From the IMG/VR virus record IMGVR_UViG_3300025812_000003: a DNA stretch of 44,109 nt, one strand, 5' to 3'. A program made the translations under genes and the position numbers. The notes under the pieces were generated by a model. That model was not told where the DNA came from. It made no database searches and was given only the letters and a program-made list of their open reading frames with translations. Below are positions 18,136 through 24,285 of this stretch, one piece after another. This DNA is from a virus. Position 1 is the first letter of the stretch. Each line of letters begins with the position of its first letter.

Positions 18136-18493
18136 TGGTGGAGGCGGGGGGAGTCGAACCCCCGTCCGAGGAGTCCCACGATCAGGAGACTACACGCTTG
18201 TCCCGGTTCCACTGCCTTCGCCAGCGCCCCAAGGTACCGGGCGATGCAAGGACGCTGGCTAACTTTCGGAAATTCGCCCCGGCCTGCAAGCTTCGCCGGA
18301 GCTACTCTCGCCATATCAACGCCCCGTCCCCTGCATGCGAGCCTGGAGGGGGAGGCGTGGCCCAGATGTCTCTAGGCCATTGCGTACATAGCAAGTGGTT
18401 TTGCGTCTGTACTTTCCATCCCTGTTGCGGGCGGCATGGTCCCCCGGCGTGCCTCCTGGACACGAGCGCTCCCGTCGAAACCGGAACGCCCCC
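18136..18493 (-). ncRNA. ssrA: tmRNA; predicted tag (A)AKPLAMYAMA at 18404-18372
   Basis: 5' GGGGGCG..GGUUUCGAC, 3' GGUUCGACUCCCCCCGCCUCCACCA, G3:U70 pair, 358 nt, internal GCA-initiated short frame. Confidence 0.95.
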
Positions 18494-18527
18494 ACAGTTG
18501 TATGATACAACGAAAAGCCAAGCAACT

Positions 18528-18621
18528 TGGTCCCGGCGTCAGGAGTCGAACCCGATCCATGCTCTAATCTGGAGCTTATGCGGTTTATAAGACCGCTCGT
18601 TCGGCCGCAAACTTCGCCGGG
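18528..18621 (-). tRNA. atypical tRNA with UAU (Ile) anticodon and long variable arm
   Basis: CCCGGCG/CGCCGGG-ACCA; GCGGT-CTTATAA-ACCGC; ~24-nt extra arm with GCUC/GAGC stem; TTCGACT loop. Confidence 0.8.
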
Positions 18622-18691
18622 CAAAATAACGGGCGGGACATCAGCCTATAAAGCCGCCCCGAAGGGCGGCACATTCGCTCCCGCCCGAAAA

Positions 18692-18768
18692 TGGTACCGT
18701 CGACGGGGCTCAAACCCGCTAATGCCCTGGTTGAAAGCCAGGGGACTCGATGCTTCGTCTTCGACGGT
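18692..18768 (-). tRNA. tRNA-Glu(UUC), non-canonical D and T loops
   Basis: ACCGTCG/CGACGGT-ACCA; CCTGG-CTTTCAA-CCAGG; T-loop TTTGAGC; no GG in D-loop. Confidence 0.8.
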
Positions 18769-18773
18769 AAAAC

Positions 18774-18926
18774 GAGGCGATGGCCGATGCCGTTCGGCAA
18801 CAGGCCAACGGCAGCCACGAAGACTGCCGACTGCGCGGCCACTCGGTTTCTCTCCTGCCCCGATCCGCTGCGCCGGAACTCCAAGGAGACTCTGTCCGGC
18901 CGCTCCTTGCCAGCCTTCATCGCCCC
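18774..18926 (-). ncRNA. unassigned ~153-nt multi-branched RNA between tRNA-Cys and tRNA-Glu
   Basis: GGGGCGAUG/CAUCGCCUC closing stem; GCGGCC/GGCCGC; CGGCAGUC-UUCG-UGGCUGCCG; UGCCG-AA-CGGCA. Confidence 0.55.
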
Positions 18927-18929
18927 AAC

Positions 18930-19005
18930 TGGAGCACCCGGAGGGACTCGAACCCCCGATTAGAGGCTCTGCAGGCCTCCGCCTTTGCCGCTTGGCCACG
19001 GGTGC
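18930..19005 (-). tRNA. tRNA-Cys(GCA)
   Basis: GAGGC-CTGCAGA-GCCTC; U73; CCA. Confidence 0.93.
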
Positions 19006-19011
19006 CAAAAC

Positions 19012-19113
19012 CTACTTCGGGTCCACGCCAAACCACCAGCCGCGCGGCTTGGTGATGAACCACAGCCCGGCCAAAAAGGCCAGGAGATAACCGGATGCGA
19101 CGACCCAATACAT
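19012..19113 (-). CDS. 33-aa membrane microprotein (not in ORF track)
   Basis: MYWVVASGYLLAFLAGLWFITKPRGWWFGVDPK; RBS GGAG; fills the spacer exactly. Confidence 0.55.
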   Translation of the reverse strand: MYWVVASGYLLAFLAGLWFITKPRGWWFGVDPK

Positions 19114-19122
19114 GGGCACTCC

Positions 19123-19323
19123 CTATTCTTCCGCCACGTCCTGTTGGAAAATCCTCCTGAGCTTGAGCTGCGTGGCCCTTCCCAGGCGGCAGAACTCCAC
19201 CACCACCCAGCTTGCGGTGTGGGCGATGAGCCACCCCACCACTATCCACTGGGTGATCCGGTCGAACAGCCTGACCGGCTGGACGTGATACAGCTCCCTG
19301 CAAAACTCAAAGAAAGAACCCAT
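19123..19323 (-). CDS. small membrane protein
   Basis: RBS GAGGAGG; hydrophobic WIVVGWLIAHTASWVVV. Confidence 0.6.
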   Translation of the reverse strand: MGSFFEFCRELYHVQPVRLFDRITQWIVVGWLIAHTASWVVVEFCRLGRATQLKLRRIFQQDVAEE

Positions 19324-19385
19324 CTCTCGGCACCTCCTCGGACGGCTGGTTGGGTCGCCCTCGGCGATGCCAAGGACCCGGATTT

Positions 19386-19460
19386 TGGTAGCCTGTGGGG
19401 GTGTCGATCCCCCTTCCCCAGGTTGAGAACCTGGGATCCTAGCCGGTAGACGAACAGGCC
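19386..19460 (-). tRNA. tRNA-Glu(CUC)
   Basis: CCAGG-TTCTCAA-CCTGG; T-loop ATCGACA; CCA. Confidence 0.9.
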
Positions 19461-19467
19461 GAAAACT

Positions 19468-19543
19468 TGGTGGAAGCGAAGGGATTCGGACCCTCTGCCT
19501 CGGCGTTGCGAGCGCCGCGCTCTCCCAATTGAGCTACGCTCCC
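19468..19543 (-). tRNA. tRNA-Ala(CGC)
   Basis: CGGCG-CTCGCAA-CGCCG; G3:U70; CCA. Confidence 0.93.
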
Positions 19544-19544
19544 A

Positions 19545-19619
19545 TGGTGCGACCTACAGGAGTCGAACCTGTCGCTCCTTCCGTGTCAGGGAAGGCGTCT
19601 ACCGCTGGCATAAGGCCGC
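19545..19619 (-). tRNA. tRNA-Val(GAC)
   Basis: CTTCC-CTGACAC-GGAAG; TTCGACT; ACCA; weak D stem. Confidence 0.9.
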
Positions 19620-19627
19620 ACGAAATT

Positions 19628-19706
19628 TGGCGGTCTGTACGGGATTCGGACCCGTGGTCTCTGACGTGACAGGTCAGCGGGGACGACCAGGCTCCCCTAA
19701 CAGACC
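19628..19706 (-). tRNA. tRNA-Asp(GUC)
   Basis: CTGAC-CTGTCAC-GTCAG; G73; CCA. Confidence 0.93.
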
Positions 19707-19713
19707 GAAAGAC

Positions 19714-19833
19714 TGGCGGCAAGGCCGGGATAGCTTTGGCCCCCTGCCCGGACGTGGTATCCGGAAGCGCTGGGACGCTCGCTTTATCCGACTTGACCCA
19801 GCACCCGACCCGCAGGCCGGGCCGCCAGATGCC
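19714..19833 (-). ncRNA. unassigned ~120-nt CCA-terminated multi-arm RNA
   Basis: Ends UUGCC-G-CCA, 5' GGCA can close it; arms CCCGGCC/GGUCGGG, GCUGGG/CCCAGC, CCGGA/UCCGG, GGCC/GGCC; no TTCGA loop. Confidence 0.5.
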
Positions 19834-19839
19834 GAACCT

Positions 19840-19915
19840 TGGTGGACCCGGGGGGGCTCGAACCCCCGACCTCATGGCTGCCGGCCATGCGCTCTCCCGG
19901 CTGAGCTACGGGCCC
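19840..19915 (-). tRNA. tRNA-Ala(GGC)
   Basis: CATGG-CCGGCAG-CCATG; G3:U70; CCA. Confidence 0.93.
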
Positions 19916-19922
19916 ACGAAAA

Positions 19923-19996
19923 TGGAGCGGGACACGGGACTCGGACCCGTTTCTCTGGCTTGGAGGGCCAGGGCACAACCCATATACCAGTCCCGC
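19923..19996 (-). tRNA. tRNA-Gly(UCC)
   Basis: CTGGC-CCTCCAA-GCCAG; U73; CCA. Confidence 0.9.
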
Positions 19997-20004
19997 TCAA
20001 AGCT

Positions 20005-20079
20005 TGGTGGACCCGGAGGGAGTCGAACCCCCGACCTCTGCATTGCAAGTGCAGCGCCTTCCCGCTCGGCTACGAGCCC
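20005..20079 (-). tRNA. tRNA-Ala(UGC)
   Basis: CTGCA-CTTGCAA-TGCAG; G3:U70; CCA. Confidence 0.94.
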
Positions 20080-20081
20080 AC

Positions 20082-20144
20082 GGGATGCCTCGGGTCATTG
20101 CTTTATTCGGACGTGGCCGACTTGCGCAGACGCCAAAACATCCC
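20082..20144 (-). ncRNA. structured inter-tRNA spacer
   Basis: 12-bp stem GGGAUGUUUUGG/CCGAGGCAUCCC (with G:U pairs) enclosing UGC..UCGG/CCGA..GCA. Confidence 0.4.
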
Positions 20145-20151
20145 ACGAACC

Positions 20152-20226
20152 TGGAGCGGGCGAGGGGAGTCGAACCCCCCACCTGAGCCTTGGCAAGGCC
20201 CCACTCTACCGCTGAGCTACGCCCGC
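20152..20226 (-). tRNA. tRNA-Gly(GCC)
   Basis: GGGCC-TTGCCAA-GGCTC; U73; CCA. Confidence 0.95.
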
Positions 20227-20234
20227 CCGAAACT

Positions 20235-20313
20235 TGGTACTGGGGGTGGGATTCGAACCCACGATATGCCTGTTTGTAGGACAGGAGGCTTTGGCCGCTC
20301 GCCGCACCCCAGT
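20235..20313 (-). tRNA. tRNA-Val(UAC)
   Basis: ACTGGGG/CCCCAGT-ACCA; CCTGT-CCTACAA-ACAGG; TTCGAAT. Confidence 0.88.
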
Positions 20314-20323
20314 AAATCCCCCC

Positions 20324-20361
20324 AAAAATGTAAAAGGCGCTGGAAACCTCCCAGCGCCCTC
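20324..20361 (-). terminator. attenuator terminator (3:4 hairpin) directly upstream of the tRNA array
   Basis: GAGGGCGCUGGGA-GGU-UUCCAGCGCC-UUUUACAUUUUU. Confidence 0.8.
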
Positions 20362-20383
20362 GGAACCTTGGATTGGCCTCTTC

Positions 20384-20500
20384 CTACCCAATCCCTCCGT
20401 CCGAGGGCCGAATATCGCCCTCGACCATGCCACTCCCGCACACGGCAGCGGCTTCCGCCGCTGCTATGCATTCTTCGCGTCCTATGGCCAGTGCCTTCAT
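20384..20500 (-). CDS. 38-aa leader peptide of the tRNA array (not in ORF track)
   Basis: MKALAIGREECIAAAEAAAVCGSGMVEGDIRPSDGGIG; RBS GAGGGA; overlaps antiterminator segments. Confidence 0.7.
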   Translation of the reverse strand: MKALAIGREECIAAAEAAAVCGSGMVEGDIRPSDGGIG

Positions 20501-20514
20501 GTTCCCTCGTCCAT

Positions 20515-20540
20515 ATAATACCTCCCGTAGTCGAAAAATC
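20515..20540 (-). promoter_or_regulatory. promoter of leader/tRNA operon (AGGTATTAT -10 motif)
   Basis: Matches the GGTATT(A/G)T motif repeated upstream of minus-strand units. Confidence 0.65.
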
Positions 20541-20606
20541 GCGGGAAATCTTCATGGGCTGGCTTTCCGCCCGGAAGCCAGCCCCTTGCAGTCGGGTTCT
20601 TCCGGC

Positions 20607-21272
20607 TCATTTCCGCCGCAGGACTCCCGCGATACCCAGGAGGCCCATGCCGACGAGGCCGAGGCTGGCGGGCTCCGGCGTGGACGAGACGTCCCCGGTC
20701 CAGGTCCCGAGCCCGGTCCAGTAGTTCGGGTAGCTGCTCCAGCCGTTGTAGTTGCCGTACACGTTGGTGCCGTCGCCGTCGCCGGGCTGGCCTTCCCATT
20801 TGGTCGTTACGAACCCACCGGAACAATATGGGTACCCAGGACAGGGCCAGCCGATTATCGGGCCGGTGTAGTTGTCGATGTTGAAGTCCCAATATTGGAT
20901 GCCGTCCTTGTCGGTGGTCAGGGAAAACACGCTGACGACCCCGAAGGCGTCGGGACCAGCGACGAAATTGGCCAAGTCCCACACAGTCCTCCCGTCCGTA
21001 AAGCTGTAGTCGATGATCGTGCCTCCGGGCAGCGTATCGGGCTCAAGACTGTAGGTGCGGTTCGACTTGAGCGGGGACGACAGGGTGAAGTAGCCGCTGA
21101 CCCCGCCAAGCCCCCAGCCCCCCACGTACCAAAACTGGTCGCCGGTGTACGTGTAGGTATAGGTCTGCGAAATCGCCATGGCTGGTGCCAGGGCTGCCAG
21201 GAACAATGCGATGGTCAACAACAATCTGACTGCTTTGAGTGCAAACTTGCGACTGCCGCTGCTTTCGGTCAT
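20607..21272 (-). CDS. PEP-CTERM sorting-domain surface protein with signal peptide
   Basis: N-terminal LLLTIALFLAALAPAMA; C-terminal TPEPASLGLVGMGLLGIAGVLRRK; RBS AGGAGG. Confidence 0.9.
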   Translation of the reverse strand: MTESSGSRKFALKAVRLLLTIALFLAALAPAMAISQTYTYTYTGDQFWYVGGWGLGGVSGYFTLSSPLKSNRTYSLEPDTLPGGTIIDYSFTDGRTVWDLANFVAGPDAFGVVSVFSLTTDKDGIQYWDFNIDNYTGPIIGWPCPGYPYCSGGFVTTKWEGQPGDGDGTNVYGNYNGWSSYPNYWTGLGTWTGDVSSTPEPASLGLVGMGLLGIAGVLRRK

Positions 21273-21406
21273 GACTGCCTCCTTTGGGTGTTTGGCTTGT
21301 GCTCTGCGATTGGGTTTCCGTCTTTCATCCGCCTACATAATACCGCGTGGTTTGGAAATGCCGAGGAATTTTTGCGCCTTGCGAAAAGAGTGCCCTGGCC
21401 AGGGGG

Positions 21407-21736
21407 TCACAGGTTGTGCTCGGCCCCCCAGCCCAGCCAGCGGAGCCGCATCAGGTCCACCCGCCCCTTCTCGTCCTCCCTGAGGACGGGCGGATCGTCG
21501 GCCCATCCCCACAGGAGGTGGAACGCCGCGTGGATGCAGAAGTTGTTGTCGATCCACCAGCCGGAGTCGATGTCGTCCTTGCGCAGGTCCTCTATCAGGA
21601 ACGGCACGATGCCCGGCCCCAGCGCCTTCAGCGCCAGGTACGTCGGGCAGCCCTCCCGGGTCATGGACATGTGCGCGGTGGCCCGGAAATGCTCCGCCAT
21701 CAGCCTGCGGTACTCCTCGTGCAGCTTGGCGTCCAT
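21407..21736 (-). CDS. hypothetical protein
   Basis: RBS GGAGG; YLALKALGPGIVPFLIEDL helical motif. Confidence 0.6.
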   Translation of the reverse strand: MDAKLHEEYRRLMAEHFRATAHMSMTREGCPTYLALKALGPGIVPFLIEDLRKDDIDSGWWIDNNFCIHAAFHLLWGWADDPPVLREDEKGRVDLMRLRWLGWGAEHNL

Positions 21737-21749
21737 GCTTCGCCCCTCC

Positions 21750-22031
21750 CTAGCTGATCCTTCGAAGCGTTATGCGCTTCGATCCGTCCGGCTTCTCTTC
21801 AATCGTTTCGGCCATCGCGAACGCTGGCTCCGGCTTCAGGCACTCGTAGGCGTCGAGCTGGCCCTGGCTTGGGGAATGGGGGGCCGCGAGGAGCGCTGTG
21901 GTGCAGAACAGGTCTTCTCCGAGCCTGAAATTGGCGAGCATGGCGATCTTGTGTTTCTTGCATATGTCGATGATTTTCGCCATCAGCGGGTTGATCTGGT
22001 CGTCGTATGCCTGCTCCTTGGTCTTGGGCAT
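21750..22031 (-). CDS. phage hypothetical protein
   Basis: MPKTKEQAYDDQINPLMAKIIDICKKHKIAMLA; ATG after AGAGG. Confidence 0.65.
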   Translation of the reverse strand: MPKTKEQAYDDQINPLMAKIIDICKKHKIAMLANFRLGEDLFCTTALLAAPHSPSQGQLDAYECLKPEPAFAMAETIEEKPDGSKRITLRRIS

Positions 22032-22117
22032 TGTCCTCTTTTTCCTTTCGGGAGATTGGTGATCCATTTGTCGCGTTCTCATTTTATGGCCAGACCGTCC
22101 GGGACCGTGTTCCCGAA

Positions 22118-22199
22118 GCGGTCTCGGCGGCCCTGCCGGAGTCGAACCAGCGCCGAGGGTGTATGAGCCTCCAGCCTCCCAGAGAGGGCCGCCGACCGC
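22118..22199 (-). ncRNA. tRNA-like element with extended acceptor stem and no CCA
   Basis: T-arm GCUGG-UUCGACU-CCGGC; stem GCGGUC-GGCGGCCCU/AGGGCCGCC-GA-GACCGC; CUCAUAC loop. Confidence 0.55.
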
Positions 22200-22285
22200 C
22201 TGGCGATGTGGAACCCCGGAGGCCGATAAGGAAATCCCCCGGGTAAGCCACCGCCGATCCTCCCATCCAATACCGGAAAACCGAT

Positions 22286-22765
22286 TTACTGCCCGGGTCG
22301 CCCCTTCGCCGGGATTCCTGCCAGGGCCACCTGCCTTGCGACCTTCACGGGCGGCCATTCCAGCTCCAGCCCCGCCCTGCGGAGCGTCTCCGTCACGTTG
22401 ACCCCACCGGCCTCCGGGCATGCGTCGGACACGTAGTCAGGATGCGCCGCCAGGAACGCCATCAGCTTGGCCGTGAGGTGCTTCCTTGCGGTCGGCTGCC
22501 AGTACAGGCAGCAGACGAGCTGCCGCTCGCTCCATCCGGGGTGGCGGAGCCGCATCCTCAGGACGTGGGCGGCCAGGTCGAACTCGTTCACTATGGCGAA
22601 CACCGGCCTGCCTAGGTCGATGGCGTCCCCGAACATCGGGCAGGAAGGCGGGCAGCCCGCCTTGTGACCGAAGTTGGGGCACCCCCTGGGATGGTTGGGG
22701 TAGGGCAGCCTGCACAGGCCCCTCATTTTGGGATCGACGACGACCTCCTTGAGCTCGATTACCAT
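22286..22765 (-). CDS. DUF2284-like Cys-rich metal-binding protein
   Basis: VVVDPKMRGLC..GCPNFGHKAGCPP..CPEAGGVNVTETL. Confidence 0.7.
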   Translation of the reverse strand: MVIELKEVVVDPKMRGLCRLPYPNHPRGCPNFGHKAGCPPSCPMFGDAIDLGRPVFAIVNEFDLAAHVLRMRLRHPGWSERQLVCCLYWQPTARKHLTAKLMAFLAAHPDYVSDACPEAGGVNVTETLRRAGLELEWPPVKVARQVALAGIPAKGRPGQ

Positions 22766-22778
22766 GCGACCCCCATGC

Positions 22779-23828
22779 TTATCCCTCCTTGATTTTTTTG
22801 GCTATCTCTTCGCCCCATTTCTTGGCGGCGTGCTTCTCCAGGTCCTCCCAATGGCCGGAGGCGACCTCCATGACGGCGCGCCCGTGGTTCTCCTTTTCCA
22901 CCTGGGCCTCCCATAGGTCCTCGTCCCGGACGGACCTGACGTTCTTGCGCACCAGGGCGGCCAGGACGTTGGGCCGGAGGGCATCCAGCTCCCACGAGGA
23001 GTCCCCGAACTTCCGTATGTAGTCCCCCGACCGGCTGTCCGTGGTCTTGGCGGGGTTGTTCTCGGGCTTGTACTTTTCGACTTGGTCCATGTTGAGGGCG
23101 ACCCGCGTGATCGCAACCCTGTCCGCCTCGTCCTCGCCGACGTGGTGGGAGACGAACATCCGTATGCGGTCCTGTATGTCCCTGGTCATGTCGATTCCCG
23201 AGGGGTCGTGGTCCCCGAAATGATACACGTGGACGGACTTCCCCTCGTCCAGGTAGCGGACGAATCTCATGGCCGCCCCCCACATCTCGGACTGGGAGGT
23301 GTAGCCGCGGCAGGAAAGGTAGGGCACGTCTATGTCCTGCGTCTCGCAGATGCTCTGGAAGACGCCCAGGAGGGCGTCCTTCTCGATCCAAACCTCGACC
23401 CGGCAATCCTGGGCCGCCCACTTGTCCGTCCTGAAGCTCTTGGCGGCGGACTCCATGATGTCGGACGGGTCGTCCCAGTGCCCGATGGTCTTGAGCTCCC
23501 TGGTCCGGTCCTCGACGATGTCCCAGTCGAGCAGCCCGGCGAGCCGGGCCTCGTTCACGACGTCCCCGAGCCACTTGTAGTTGGGCGTGGCGTTCTTGAT
23601 GCCCTTCGGGTCGCCGGGCGGGACGTGCCGCCACTTGTCCGTTCCCGGGATCTTGACGTACTTGCGGGTGTCGGGAAACAGGTCGTTCGACACCATGACG
23701 TAGTATATCTGGCGGAGGGTGAGCTTCAGCCCGGCATAGTCCGGATCGTTGACGATGTCGTCGAGGTAGCGGACCGCGGCCAGCTTGTCCGTCCCGAACG
23801 AGATGTCCTGGTAGCAAATCTTGGGCAT
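22779..23828 (-). CDS. Topo VI-A/Spo11-like winged-helix + Toprim protein
   Basis: LTLRQIYY, VEVWIEKDAL, RGYTS, FGDHDPSG, WELDAL; RBS AGGAGG. Confidence 0.75.
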   Translation of the reverse strand: MPKICYQDISFGTDKLAAVRYLDDIVNDPDYAGLKLTLRQIYYVMVSNDLFPDTRKYVKIPGTDKWRHVPPGDPKGIKNATPNYKWLGDVVNEARLAGLLDWDIVEDRTRELKTIGHWDDPSDIMESAAKSFRTDKWAAQDCRVEVWIEKDALLGVFQSICETQDIDVPYLSCRGYTSQSEMWGAAMRFVRYLDEGKSVHVYHFGDHDPSGIDMTRDIQDRIRMFVSHHVGEDEADRVAITRVALNMDQVEKYKPENNPAKTTDSRSGDYIRKFGDSSWELDALRPNVLAALVRKNVRSVRDEDLWEAQVEKENHGRAVMEVASGHWEDLEKHAAKKWGEEIAKKIKEG

Positions 23829-23972
23829 GAGGTTCCTCCTAATACAATATACACTGCCCCGGGAGGTTTCGGCAAGGAATCCGAGTGCGGGATGGGTGCC
23901 GGTGCCGCTTCCGGCGCTCCCGGCACCCACCGGTTTGGAGGGACTGACTAGCGTGGCCTTTGGTGCTGAAGC

Positions 23973-24257
23973 CTATTTGGGAAACGCCTTCCCGAATTCC
24001 TTGGACGTCTGAGCCACCCTCATCGTGTCCTCCCCGGTGGCGAGGGACAGCAGCGGGACCTCGGCCTCGACCCGTGCTATCTGGCCGCGAGGGATGAGGG
24101 TGTACCTGCTCCCTTCCTTCTTCACCATCCCTATCTGGGCATACTGGGCCAGCACGATCTTGATGAAGTCCTCCACCCTCGGGTCGGGGCATCCTATCTC
24201 CTGTTGCACCTGCTCGCCCCCGACCAGCGTAAGGATGAATACAACCTTGGTTTCCAT
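23973..24257 (-). CDS. hypothetical protein
   Basis: RBS GGAGG; 94 aa. Confidence 0.6.
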   Translation of the reverse strand: METKVVFILTLVGGEQVQQEIGCPDPRVEDFIKIVLAQYAQIGMVKKEGSRYTLIPRGQIARVEAEVPLLSLATGEDTMRVAQTSKEFGKAFPK

Positions 24258-24285
24258 ATGCCTCCCAAATGCTATGGCTCCGCGA

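Noticed and set aside
18774-18926. SRP RNA or glycine riboswitch
   Set aside because: Lacks the CAGG..GNRA..AGCA helix 8 and the glycine aptamer core
19750-20150. Twister, pistol or HDV-like (theta) ribozymes in tRNA spacers
   Set aside because: Fragments resemble them (CAAG..GGAUAAA; CGUGG/CCACG) but I could not build the required pseudoknots; needs cmsearch
18500-20560. ORF-track proteins overlapping the tRNAs (e.g. 19627-20724, 18527-19090, 20217-20555)
   Set aside because: Spurious frames through RNA genes
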